DNA of 55,728 bases, from the IMG/VR virus record IMGVR_UViG_3300036861_000270, positions 1 to 55,728 of that record, one strand, 5' to 3'. The notes beneath the pieces were generated by a model. That model did no database searches and was not told where the DNA came from. It worked only from the letters and a program-made list of their open reading frames with translations. Each line of letters starts with the position of its first letter. The stretch's first letter is position 1. The position numbers and the translations under genes were made by a program. Positions 1 through 9,143 of the stretch are shown here, one piece after another. The stretch comes from a virus. Its lineage: Duplodnaviria > Caudoviricetes.

Positions 1-42
1 GCCATTCGTCCCCCCCTGTGCCCGAACTAGGACCGGTCGCGC

Positions 43-303
43 ATGAGCAACGTCGAGAAGGCCACGCGGACGGAGCTGCGTAGGCTTGGTGTGTCGGTGC
101 AGACCTCGGCGACGGCGGCATTGGCGGTGGCGCTGGCGGCGCAGATCGACCGGGCTCGTGGTGCGGTTGCTGCGGCTGCTGCCGCGGCGCAGCATCGGCT
201 GCTGATGCAGGATCTGCGGGCGAAGGCGGAGGCGGTGAAGCCGACCAGGGACGGGATTGATGACCTCGCTACTCGACGTGCCGAACGGCGTGGCAGCGCC
301 TGA
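43..303 (+). CDS. terminase small subunit (putative)
   Basis: Small helical protein overlapping the TerL start; C-terminal 'IDDLATRRAERR' is typical of actinophage TerS. Confidence 0.75.
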   Translation: MSNVEKATRTELRRLGVSVQTSATAALAVALAAQIDRARGAVAAAAAAAQHRLLMQDLRAKAEAVKPTRDGIDDLATRRAERRGSA

Positions 304-1813
304 GCTTGGTGACCAGGCTCCGCGGATCCGTTGCGTCCCGTCGTACGTGTCGTCGGCTGGCCCGGAGGTCCGGGAGCTTGCGGCTCGTGCTGGGTTGGTG
401 CTGGATCCGTGGGAAGCGCTGGTCATCGACGACGCGCTGGGGGAGCGGAAGGATGGCAACTGGGCTGCGTTCGAGGTCGGCCTGGTCGTCGCCCGGCAGA
501 ACGGGAAGGGTTCGATCGTCGAGGTGCGGGAGCTGGGCGGTCTGTTTCTGCTGAATGAGCCACTGATCCTGCATACCGCGCATGAGGTGAAGACCGCCGG
601 TGAGGCGTTCCTGCGGATCAACGGGCTGATCGCTGACAACGACGAGTTCTCCCGCCGAGTGAAGCGGGTGAACCGATCGCACGGCGAGGAGGGCATCGAA
701 CTACGCGCGACCCCGACGATCATCCTGGGTGCTGGAGGTCGAAAGATCCGGCGGAGTGTCGCGCCGCGGCTGCGGTTCCTCGCCCGTTCCCGGGTGGCGG
801 GCCGGGGGTTCACCGGCCGGGTCGTTATCCTCGATGAGGCGTTCGAACTGGCGGACACGTCCATGTCGGCGCTGCTCCCGACCATGTCGGCGCAACCGAA
901 CCCGCAGCTGTGGTATACGTCGACACCTCCGAACCAGTTGAAGGACAAGAACGCTCGGGTCCTGGCACGGCTGCGGAAGCGGGGGCTGGCTGGTGGTCGC
1001 CGACTGGTGTACCTGGAGTGGTCGGCGGCTGAGCGGTCGGCGTTGAGCGTGGCTGATCGGGTGGCGTTGCGGTCGGACCGGCGTGCGTGGACGATGGCGA
1101 ACCCGGCGCTTGGCATCCGGATCACCCAGGAGTTCATCGAGTCTGAGCTTGGCGCCCTGGACCCGACGGATTTCGAGGTCGAGCGGCTTGGGATCGGTGA
1201 CTGGCCAACGGATCTGGACGATGCGTGGGCGGTGATCCCCAAGCGTGTGTGGGATGGTCTGGCCGACAACGACTCGGAGCTCGAGGATCCGGTGTCGTTC
1301 GCGGTGGATGTGAGCCCGGAGGCTCGCAGCAGTTCAGTTGCGGTTGCGGGTCGCCGTAGCGACGGGACACTGTTCGTGGAGCTGCTCGACCATCGGCCTG
1401 GGACCGCGTGGGTCAAAGATCGACTGCACGAACTCGACACGCAGTGGGATCCGTGCGCGATCGTCATCGACGTGGGCGGGCCGGCCGGGTCGATGACACA
1501 GGAGCTGAAGGACTCCGGACTGCGGATCGTCAACCCAAAGGTCGGCGAGATCGCGCATGCATGCGGGCAGTTCTACGACGCGGTGACCGACTCGAAGACC
1601 CTGCGGCACCTTGGGGATGTGGCGAGTCAGCGGCCGTTGCGTGCGGCGCTTGCGGGGGCTCAGAAGCGGCCGCTTCGGGATGCGTGGGCGTGGGACCGCA
1701 AGCATCCGTCGGTGGATATCTCGCCGCTGGTCGCAGTGACGCTGGCGGCGTGGGGGTTCATGACGTTCGGGATGGAGCTCGGCCCGTCCGATGTGACGGT
1801 CGGGGCGATCTAG
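260..1813 (+). CDS. terL: terminase large subunit
   Basis: Walker A VARQNGKG, Walker B VILDEA, 'W..ANPALG', C-terminal nuclease domain (AVDV...DISPLVA). Confidence 0.95.
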   Translation: MTSLLDVPNGVAAPELGDQAPRIRCVPSYVSSAGPEVRELAARAGLVLDPWEALVIDDALGERKDGNWAAFEVGLVVARQNGKGSIVEVRELGGLFLLNEPLILHTAHEVKTAGEAFLRINGLIADNDEFSRRVKRVNRSHGEEGIELRATPTIILGAGGRKIRRSVAPRLRFLARSRVAGRGFTGRVVILDEAFELADTSMSALLPTMSAQPNPQLWYTSTPPNQLKDKNARVLARLRKRGLAGGRRLVYLEWSAAERSALSVADRVALRSDRRAWTMANPALGIRITQEFIESELGALDPTDFEVERLGIGDWPTDLDDAWAVIPKRVWDGLADNDSELEDPVSFAVDVSPEARSSSVAVAGRRSDGTLFVELLDHRPGTAWVKDRLHELDTQWDPCAIVIDVGGPAGSMTQELKDSGLRIVNPKVGEIAHACGQFYDAVTDSKTLRHLGDVASQRPLRAALAGAQKRPLRDAWAWDRKHPSVDISPLVAVTLAAWGFMTFGMELGPSDVTVGAI

Positions 1814-1826
1814 CAGGAGGTGGCAG

Positions 1827-2102
1827 ATGGCGGACGCTGTCAAGCAGGCCCGCAATGGCAATGTCGGTGTGGCTGGGGAGCAGAACAGTGCGCAGCCGGG
1901 CCCGGACGCGACGAGTCAGATCACCTCGACGAAGCGGCAGGCGGAGGCGGCCGCGAACCGGCGGAAGAACGAGGCGGCGGGACTGATTCAGTCCCCGCAG
2001 GGTTCCGGCGTGGCCGGCCACCAGATCGGCGGCGGTGGGGACATGTTCGGGTGGGATGCGGGCTTGGCGATCAACGACGTGGAGGGGGGCGGGTCCGGGT
2101 GA
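1827..2102 (+). CDS. hypothetical protein
   Basis: AGGAGG RBS; Gly/Ala/Gln-rich ORF. Confidence 0.7.
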   Translation: MADAVKQARNGNVGVAGEQNSAQPGPDATSQITSTKRQAEAAANRRKNEAAGLIQSPQGSGVAGHQIGGGGDMFGWDAGLAINDVEGGGSG

Positions 2103-2308
2103 GCCAGGACACCGGCCAGCTCGCCCCGGGACTCCAGCAGACCGCCAGTGAGGTGCGTTCGGGGTTGGCGTCGTCGAAGTCGAAGGCGGATGCGCAGCAG
2201 GCCGACGCGCACCGGTTCATCGTCTCAAACGGCCACCAGGTCGTCGGCGGCCACGCTGACGTCGGGGACGGATCGGCGGACCGTGGCCGGCAGGCAGGAG
2301 GGTACTGA
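2099..2308 (+). CDS. hypothetical protein
   Basis: GTGA overlap with the previous stop; 3' part of ORF 1820..2308. Confidence 0.55.
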   Translation: MSQDTGQLAPGLQQTASEVRSGLASSKSKADAQQADAHRFIVSNGHQVVGGHADVGDGSADRGRQAGGY

Positions 2309-2309
2309 C

Positions 2310-2534
2310 ATGGCGACCCGGAAGAGTCGGAAGGGTGGCACGGCGGCTGGTGCGCCGCTCGGGTCGGGGGCGAACTTCAAGGCGGTGGAGGCCAGTGCTG
2401 CAAAGTCCGGCGCGAGAAATCCCGCCGCTGTGGCCGCGGCAGTGGGCCGGCGGAAGTACGGGAAGGCGACGATGGCGAAGCTGGCGGCAGCTGGCCGGCG
2501 CAAGTCTGGCGGCCGCGGCGGCAAGGGCAAGTAG
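2310..2534 (+). CDS. small Lys/Arg/Ala/Gly-rich basic protein
   Basis: AGGAGG RBS; MATRKSRKGG...GRRKYGK... Confidence 0.7.
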   Translation: MATRKSRKGGTAAGAPLGSGANFKAVEASAAKSGARNPAAVAAAVGRRKYGKATMAKLAAAGRRKSGGRGGKGK

Positions 2535-2580
2535 CCGAGCCCGGACCCCCGCGGTCCAGATCCTCATCGCGGTCGGTGGG

Positions 2581-2745
2581 ATGCTCGGCGGCGCGGCGCT
2601 GATCAGCCGGGTCGCGCTGGGGATCATGCTGATCGTCGGGTGCGCCATGGTCGGGGTGGATGGGCTGCTGCGGGAGTCGCCGGATGCTCGGCCGGTCCCG
2701 ACGAGCCATGAGGACGTGCTGGAGCGGTACCGGAGGGCGAGATGA
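2581..2745 (+). CDS. small two-helix membrane protein preceding portal
   Basis: Hydrophobic stretch; start codon uncertain. Confidence 0.5.
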   Translation: MLGGAALISRVALGIMLIVGCAMVGVDGLLRESPDARPVPTSHEDVLERYRRAR

Positions 2746-2972
2746 TCAAACTCGATGAGTTGCTCGAGGACGTTGAAGAAGTCCGCCGACTGACGATCCA
2801 GCCGGGCGACATCCTCGTCTTCCGGTTCAAGCACCGCCTGCGCGTAGACACCGCTAATGAGATTGGCGAACACCTCAAGGCCAAGCTCGGCGAGGACGTG
2901 AAGATCCTGATCCTCGACCAGGGCACTGCGATCGACATCCTGGAGAAGACCGACGGTGCCTCGCCTCCTTGA
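2742..2972 (+). CDS. hypothetical protein
   Basis: ATGA overlap, GGAGG RBS. Confidence 0.65.
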   Translation: MIKLDELLEDVEEVRRLTIQPGDILVFRFKHRLRVDTANEIGEHLKAKLGEDVKILILDQGTAIDILEKTDGASPP

Positions 2973-4410
2973 CCGGCTCGCGGATCGTTACAGCCTGCGC
3001 CAAGGCTTCTGGGAGGGGATGGCCTCCGGTGCCGCCGTCTACATGGGCAACTACGGCGACCCCGGCAAAGAGAAGGCCGTCACCAACCTGGTCGGGATGG
3101 CCAGGGACGCCTACCAGTCCAACGGGGCCGTGTTCGCGGTCATCCTGATCCGCTTGGCGTTGTTCTCTGAGGCCCGGTTCGTGTTCCAGAGCCTGGTCGA
3201 CAAGCACACCTACGGCAGCCAGGACCTCAAGATCCTGGAGGAGCCGTGGCCGAACTGCACCACCGGCGAGCTGCTGGCGCGGATGGAGCAGGACCTGTCG
3301 CTTGCGGGGAACGCCTACATCTGGAAGGCCGACGACAACCGCCTCGTCAGGTTGCCGCCGGATGAGGTCACGATCATCTCCCGGGAGATCCAGGGGCCGA
3401 CGGGGCACTACCGCGAGATCGTCGGCTACGACTGGGACCCCACCCCCGTCCAGAACGTCGCACCGGGCGAGTCGAACCGTTCCCCCCAGGCGCAGACGTT
3501 CACCGTGGAGGAGATCGCGCACTGGTCGCCGTATCCGGACCCGAGGGCGAACTTCCGTGGCATGTCGTGGTTGACGCCGGTGTTGCGGGACACGCAGGCC
3601 GACACGGCGATGACCAGCTACAAGATCGCGTACCTGGAGAACATGGCGGCACCCAACCTTCTGCTGAAGTATCAGCAGAAGCTCCGCCCGGACACGGTGG
3701 ACTCGATCGGCCAGCGGATGCACGCCAAGTTCGGCGGGTCGAACGCCTTCAAGACGTTCGTGCTCGACCAGGGCGCCGACGCCACGGTGCTGAACAACTC
3801 GCTGGATTCGATGGCGTTCGCGGAGACGCAGGAGGCCGGCGCGAACCGGATCTGTTCTGCGGGTGGGGTCGACCCGATCCTGATCGGCCTGCTGACGCTG
3901 GGTCGGGCTGCGGTGACCTACGAGCAGGCGATGCGTAGGCTCGGGGATGTCACCCTGCGGCACATGTGGCGGACCGGGTGCGCGGCGCTGCAAAAGCTCG
4001 TCCCCGGCGTCCCCCCAGCGGGGGTGCGGTTGTGGTACGACACCTCGGACATTGCGGCGCTCCGCGCTTCGGAGACTGAGCGGGGGCAGACCAGCCAGGT
4101 GCAGGCCGCCGCGCTGCTCACCGTCGTGCAGGCCGGGTACACGCGCGAGTCGGCGGTCGCGTTCCTGTCGTCGGGGGACGTGAGTCAGCTGGTCCCGGAG
4201 CCGCAGGCCCCACCGCCGGGAGTGTCGGGTCGGGAGACCACGTCGGAGAAGATCACCCCGCCGGCGGCCGCCAAGCCGATCACCGATGGGAACCCGGGCG
4301 GTGAGCCTCCACGGCCTAGCCAGAAGGTCGGACCGCCGACGGGGAACGGGAAGGGTCCGACCCCCAAGCAGATGCGGCCGATGCCACCCGCGTTACTCCG
4401 TCGGCCCTAA
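2956..4410 (+). CDS. portal protein (HK97 family)
   Basis: 'L..PWPN.T..ELL......LSLAGNAYI', 'RGMSWL', position after TerL; Pro-rich C-terminal tail. Confidence 0.92.
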   Translation: MPRLLDRLADRYSLRQGFWEGMASGAAVYMGNYGDPGKEKAVTNLVGMARDAYQSNGAVFAVILIRLALFSEARFVFQSLVDKHTYGSQDLKILEEPWPNCTTGELLARMEQDLSLAGNAYIWKADDNRLVRLPPDEVTIISREIQGPTGHYREIVGYDWDPTPVQNVAPGESNRSPQAQTFTVEEIAHWSPYPDPRANFRGMSWLTPVLRDTQADTAMTSYKIAYLENMAAPNLLLKYQQKLRPDTVDSIGQRMHAKFGGSNAFKTFVLDQGADATVLNNSLDSMAFAETQEAGANRICSAGGVDPILIGLLTLGRAAVTYEQAMRRLGDVTLRHMWRTGCAALQKLVPGVPPAGVRLWYDTSDIAALRASETERGQTSQVQAAALLTVVQAGYTRESAVAFLSSGDVSQLVPEPQAPPPGVSGRETTSEKITPPAAAKPITDGNPGGEPPRPSQKVGPPTGNGKGPTPKQMRPMPPALLRRP

Positions 4411-4610
4411 CCGATCACGATGTCGCCGCGAGCTTCAGCCTGCTCTCTGGCCCAGAGGTTCCACTTCGCTTGAAGGTCGGCCATCTTGGCCTTCCACTCG
4501 GCTGTGTGGACCAGGCCGTGCGCGACCTCGTTGTTGTAGCGGGACAACTCATGGAAGTCCTGTTCGGTCCAGCCGGGCGGCAACCAGCGCTCCTTGTGGC
4601 GGCGCATCAT
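4407..4610 (-). CDS. hypothetical protein
   Basis: Last gene of a reverse-strand 3-gene insert. Confidence 0.6.
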   Translation of the reverse strand: MMRRHKERWLPPGWTEQDFHELSRYNNEVAHGLVHTAEWKAKMADLQAKWNLWAREQAEARGDIVIG

Positions 4611-4975
4611 CCGCTCCGAGTGTTGGCGAGTGCATTGAACCGGGCGGCGAACTGGCGGGCGCTGGACTGATGCTTCGGGTCGCCCTTCAGTTCGATGAGG
4701 ATCGTGTACGCGTCGTCCGCGCCGATGATGGTGAGGAAGATCTGCCGCTCGTCACGCTTCTTCTTGAAGGCGAGCGCGAACGGGCCGGTGAGCAGCATCC
4801 GGGTGGCGGTGTACCGCTTCTGGAGTTCGCCGACGGATTCCACGGTGGCGTGGGCGCCGGCGACGGGGCCGCTCTCACCGCGTCCTGACACAGTGCCGTT
4901 CTTGACCTTGATGCCGAACAGGCGGGCTTGCGCTTCGAACTGCTGCCGTTCGACCCAGCCTAGCGTCTTGCTCAT
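4607..4975 (-). CDS. hypothetical protein with short hydrophobic segment
   Basis: GAAGGGA RBS; 'TATRMLLTGPFALAFKKK'. Confidence 0.7.
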   Translation of the reverse strand: MSKTLGWVERQQFEAQARLFGIKVKNGTVSGRGESGPVAGAHATVESVGELQKRYTATRMLLTGPFALAFKKKRDERQIFLTIIGADDAYTILIELKGDPKHQSSARQFAARFNALANTRSG

Positions 4976-4994
4976 ATCGTTCCCTTCTGGGGAT

Positions 4995-5474
4995 CTACTG
5001 GTGGCGTTCTAGATACTCGGCAAGCAGCCGAAGACGCTGCGGGTTGTCGTTGACCCAGCCGAGGATGAGGTTGCAGTCCTTGCAGAGAACTCCTCGAACG
5101 GCGTTGGTCTTGTGGTCATGGTCGATTGCCATACGAGGGGTGCGTCGTCCACACACGTCACAGCCGGCACCGTTGCGTAGCTGATCGTGGGCCTGTACGC
5201 CCTCCTTTCCATACAGCCGGCGGACTATTTGCTGCTTCCGGGCAGCCTTGGCGTGTGACAGCTGATTCCAGGTGGACACATATGCAGCCCAGCATCGCTT
5301 GCAGCGGCCTCCCCGACCACGAAAGCCCTTCTGCAGTTTTGGGAACTCATCCCACGACTTGAACTCGCCGCAGGTCGTGCAGTGCCGCCCGACATCGGTT
5401 GCCGCATCTCGCATCTCGGCCAGCGTCATCCCGTTGGCGCCGCGACGGGCGTCCGGCTTCCTCCTAGTAGTCAT
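4995..5474 (-). CDS. endonuclease VII-like homing endonuclease
   Basis: CxxC zinc motifs and 'CDVCG...IDHDH.T..VRGVLC..CN..LG'; apparently leaderless, TGaTACAAT 5 nt before ATG. Confidence 0.88.
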   Translation of the reverse strand: MTTRRKPDARRGANGMTLAEMRDAATDVGRHCTTCGEFKSWDEFPKLQKGFRGRGGRCKRCWAAYVSTWNQLSHAKAARKQQIVRRLYGKEGVQAHDQLRNGAGCDVCGRRTPRMAIDHDHKTNAVRGVLCKDCNLILGWVNDNPQRLRLLAEYLERHQ

Positions 5475-5527
5475 GCGGCATTGTATCAGCTTTTGCTGCT
5501 GGATGTAAGGCGGGTGGAGGTGACCCC

Positions 5528-6643
5528 GTGGCGTTGGCTCACGAAAAGGTCGGGCACACAGAGCAAGGGCTCTGGCATCACAAAGGGATGCAGCTGCCAG
5601 CCTTCATACAAAGAATCGCCAACGACCTGATCCACGAACGGGGCATGCCGGAGTCGGAGGCGATCGCCACCGCGATCTCCCAGTGCAAGCGGTGGGCCGC
5701 CGGCGGCGAGAACGTCAAGCCAGAGACCCGCGCGAAGGCTGCCGCGGCGATCGCCGAATGGGAAGCGCTGAAAGCCAAGAGCAAAGCAGGATCAGGATCG
5801 CACGGGAGGGCGGACACGCCGATGCCGTACACCAGAAGCTTTCCGTTGGAGGACATCTCCATCGCCAGGGACGGGAGCGGCAGAGTCGTGGACGCCTACG
5901 CCGCCGTGTTCAACACCCCCGCCAAGGTCAGAGACCAGGACGGCACCTACGAGGAAACCATCGACCCGACCGCGTTCAACCGCACCCTGGAACACCGCCG
6001 CCGCGCCAAGGGTGGCGCGTTCCCGGTGCTGTTCAACCACGGCATGACCCTGTTCGGCACCCCCTCTGAGCGGTACGCCGTCCCGATCGGCGTGTCGGAA
6101 GAGGTTCGCGTGGACGGCAACGGCCTGTTCACCCGTTCCCGGTTCCACCGCACCCAGGCCGCCGACGAGATCCTCGAGGCGATCCGAGACGGCTCCATCA
6201 CCGGCTACAGCTTCCGCGGCGACTTCCTCCGCTCCGACCCGGTCGCCCCTCGCGGCGGATTCCGTCCCGACCACGCCGGCCGGCTCCAGACCGTCCGCCG
6301 GACGGAACTGTCGCTCGACGAGTACGGCCCGGGGACGTTCCCGGTCTACAAAGGCGCAGAGATCGTCGGGGTCCGGGCCGAGCAGGCCGCACTCATGCTC
6401 AGCGCGCTGGCCCCCGGCGAGTTCGACAGGCTCGCCACCATGTTCCGGTCCGGCACTCCACTGGACTCGCCACCTGGCACTCCAGCAGATCCGCCGGCCG
6501 ACGACACCCCCGAACAAGGATCGGGGCCCGTCACCGAGGACCCGTCGCCACTGCGGCACTCCGTTCGGCCACCACATCTGGAACTCCAGGCCCAGCGGGC
6601 CAAGTTCCTGATCAAGCACGGAGGAGGTCACATCGGTGCCTGA
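5528..6643 (+). CDS. prohead protease (HK97 family) with N-terminal extra domain
   Basis: 'YAAVFN', 'LFNHG', 'GSITGYSFRG', 'FPVYKGA'; ~98 aa N-terminal extension. Confidence 0.85.
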   Translation: MALAHEKVGHTEQGLWHHKGMQLPAFIQRIANDLIHERGMPESEAIATAISQCKRWAAGGENVKPETRAKAAAAIAEWEALKAKSKAGSGSHGRADTPMPYTRSFPLEDISIARDGSGRVVDAYAAVFNTPAKVRDQDGTYEETIDPTAFNRTLEHRRRAKGGAFPVLFNHGMTLFGTPSERYAVPIGVSEEVRVDGNGLFTRSRFHRTQAADEILEAIRDGSITGYSFRGDFLRSDPVAPRGGFRPDHAGRLQTVRRTELSLDEYGPGTFPVYKGAEIVGVRAEQAALMLSALAPGEFDRLATMFRSGTPLDSPPGTPADPPADDTPEQGSGPVTEDPSPLRHSVRPPHLELQAQRAKFLIKHGGGHIGA

Positions 6644-8225
6644 CATGCGCACCCCCCCGGTCATCGGCGTCCGCGCCGACGGGCGCCCCATCTTCCTGAT
6701 CGCCGGCGGCGACGGAACCGGCGAGCCCACCCAGACCCAGGACCAGCAGCCGCAGACCACGCAGGGCCAGAACATGTACCGCACCCTGCAGGAGATCGAC
6801 GGGCGGCAGGCCGCGATCCGCACGGAGCTGCAGACCATCGACGTGCTCCCCGAACCGACCGACGAGGACGTCAACTGGCAGGGCACCCTCATCCAGGAGT
6901 ACGACCAGCTTGAGGACCGCGCCCGGCCGCTCCGCCGCCGCATGGCCGACATCGACCGGGTCCTCCGCGCCCGCCAGGACCCCGACAACCGCGAGGACGG
7001 CGCCCCCCGCTCAGGCGGCAACGGTGGCGGTCGGCAGGCTCCCGACGTGTACGTCCGTTCGGGCCGCGACCCGTTCGAGGAGCTCGACAAAGTCCGCCGT
7101 GGCCTCGTCGGCTCCAGTGATCTCCGGGTCCGCGCACAGCTGGCGATCGAGACCGACGCCAAGCGGTACGCGCTCGCCGACGCCTCCTACGCCGAGACCG
7201 CGACCCGCCGGGCCGAGTCAAGCCCCCGGATCGCCAAGCACATCCTGCTCACCGGTTCCCCGGAGTACCGGGACGCGTTCGCCGAGTATCTCCGCGACCC
7301 GGAGAACCTGAGCCGCGAACGTTCCATGACCCTGACCGCCGCCTCCGGCGGCTACCTCCTGCCATATGTCCTAGATCCGACGATTGTCCTGACTAACAAC
7401 GCTTCGGCCAATCCGTTCCGACGGATCAGCCGGAACGAGCAGACCACCTCCAACGCATGGCAGGGCGTCTCCTCGGCCGGCGTGACCGCCGCGTGGATCA
7501 CAGAGACCACCACCGCCGCCGACATGTCCCCCACCATCGGCCAGATCCAGATCACCCCCACCAAGGCCGCCGCCTGGGTGTTCGGCTCCTACGAGGCCCT
7601 TGACGACACCAACTTCGGGGAGCAGCTCCCCGGCCTGCTCGCCGACGCCCGCGACCGGCTCGAGTCCGCCGCGTTCGCAACCGGGTCGGGCACCAACCAG
7701 CCACTCGGCGTGGTCGCCGCGCTCGGCACCGGCTCCCGTGTCGCGCCCACCGCCACCGGCACCGCCTTCAACGGCACCGCCTCCATCCCCGACGTCTACA
7801 ACCTCCAGGCCGCCCTTCCACCCCGGTTCCGCAACAGCCGCAACGTCGGCTGGATCGCCAACATCATCGCCATCAACAAGGTCCGCGCACTCGACCAGTA
7901 CGGCGGCAGCGCGTTCTGGGCGAACTTCGGGTCGGACACCCCCGAGCAGCTGCTCGGCAAGTCGATCTACGAGGCGTCCGACATGAACGCCACCATGACC
8001 GGCGCCTCCGGCGCGACCGGGACCGGGTCGGTCACCCTGCTGTTCGGCGACTGGCAGCAGTTCATCGTGGTCGACCGAGTTGGGGTTAGTATGCTGTACG
8101 AGCCTTTGATCAAGGGTGCGAGCAATGCCCAACTTCCTACTGGTCAGGCCGGTTGGTACATGTTTTGGCGAACTGGGAGTTCTGTCAGTACTACGGCAGC
8201 TTTCCGGTATCTGACGATCTCGTAG
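6636..8225 (+). CDS. major capsid protein (HK97 fold, N-terminal delta domain)
   Basis: Coiled-coil N-terminus, 'GGYLLP', 'G.G..QPLG', 'LLGKSI', 'LFGDW..F.VVDR.G'. Confidence 0.93.
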   Translation: MPDMRTPPVIGVRADGRPIFLIAGGDGTGEPTQTQDQQPQTTQGQNMYRTLQEIDGRQAAIRTELQTIDVLPEPTDEDVNWQGTLIQEYDQLEDRARPLRRRMADIDRVLRARQDPDNREDGAPRSGGNGGGRQAPDVYVRSGRDPFEELDKVRRGLVGSSDLRVRAQLAIETDAKRYALADASYAETATRRAESSPRIAKHILLTGSPEYRDAFAEYLRDPENLSRERSMTLTAASGGYLLPYVLDPTIVLTNNASANPFRRISRNEQTTSNAWQGVSSAGVTAAWITETTTAADMSPTIGQIQITPTKAAAWVFGSYEALDDTNFGEQLPGLLADARDRLESAAFATGSGTNQPLGVVAALGTGSRVAPTATGTAFNGTASIPDVYNLQAALPPRFRNSRNVGWIANIIAINKVRALDQYGGSAFWANFGSDTPEQLLGKSIYEASDMNATMTGASGATGTGSVTLLFGDWQQFIVVDRVGVSMLYEPLIKGASNAQLPTGQAGWYMFWRTGSSVSTTAAFRYLTIS

Positions 8226-8253
8226 TTCGTCCGGTTCAATCCCTGTCGGACCT

Positions 8254-8331
8254 CTATGTGATAATGGTGAGGCCGGGAGAGTCACCTCCCGGCCTCGGGC
8301 CACCACCCTGACAAGGAGGGCAACGGCCATG
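8254..8331 (+). promoter_or_regulatory. HNH-leader variant: -10 box plus two hairpins
   Basis: GATAAT; GAGGCCGGGAG/CTCCCGGCCTC stem; GGCC..CCCT/AGGG..GGCC stem overlapping the RBS. Confidence 0.6.
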
Positions 8332-9051
8332 AAGGAGCGTACCTGTTCGGTCTCCTGGTGCGACCGGAAGCACCACGCGAACGGTCTCTGCCGTACCCAC
8401 AACGAACGGCGGAGGAAAGGACTCGACCTCGACACTCCGTTCCGCCAGTACGAACACGGCGAGCGACTCTGCAAGGTCGAGGGATGCGGGCGTCCTCGGA
8501 CGCCCGCACGAGACCCCGACGCGAAGACATGGACATCCGGATCAGCTGGCTACTGCCCGATGCATCTGACGCGTGTCGCGCGAAACGGCTCTGCAGGGGA
8601 CGCCGCTCCCCTGAGAAAGCCAAAGGCGCGGACTGCCGGCCTCCCTCGGCTGGAGCGGGCACCAAATGGTTCTCCGCAGTGGAACAAACCCGAATACAAA
8701 CGCGAGTATCGGCTGCAACTCGACTACGGCATGTCCCATGACGACCTTTTGGCGATGCTTACAGCGCAGGAGAACCTGTGTGCGATCTGCGGACGCGCCC
8801 TAGCTCGGGAAGCGGACCCCCGGAAGAAGCGTGAGTTCGCCATCGACCACGACGCGGTGACGGGCAAGGTCAGAGGGCTTCTCTGCCATGGGTGCAACAA
8901 GGGGATCGGGTTCTTCAAAGACGATCCTTGTCTGCTCGCCAGGGCGATCGTCTACCTAGCAACCACCTCGGGTGATCCCTGCCTTCGCGGCTATATGGGG
9001 CAACCGAGGCCTGTCGCATGGGAAACGTTAGTCCAGGCGATGCGTCGCTAA
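8329..9051 (+). CDS. endonuclease VII-like homing endonuclease
   Basis: Two 'C...C.R......LC..H' repeats; 'QENLCAICG...IDHD..TGKVRGLLCHGCN.GIG.FKDD'. Confidence 0.9.
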   Translation: MKERTCSVSWCDRKHHANGLCRTHNERRRKGLDLDTPFRQYEHGERLCKVEGCGRPRTPARDPDAKTWTSGSAGYCPMHLTRVARNGSAGDAAPLRKPKARTAGLPRLERAPNGSPQWNKPEYKREYRLQLDYGMSHDDLLAMLTAQENLCAICGRALAREADPRKKREFAIDHDAVTGKVRGLLCHGCNKGIGFFKDDPCLLARAIVYLATTSGDPCLRGYMGQPRPVAWETLVQAMRR

Positions 9052-9143
9052 CGCCTTAGCTTCAACCCCACCTATCCCAACAACGGCCGTCGGGCCGGCC
9101 CGGTCTCCCATGTCCGGGTCGGCCCGACTACATGGGAGGCCCT

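Noticed and set aside
8225-9140. Group I intron or intein around the nuclease genes
   Set aside because: Flanking genes are intact with their own stops and starts, and no intron core or intein motifs were seen, so the nucleases look free-standing
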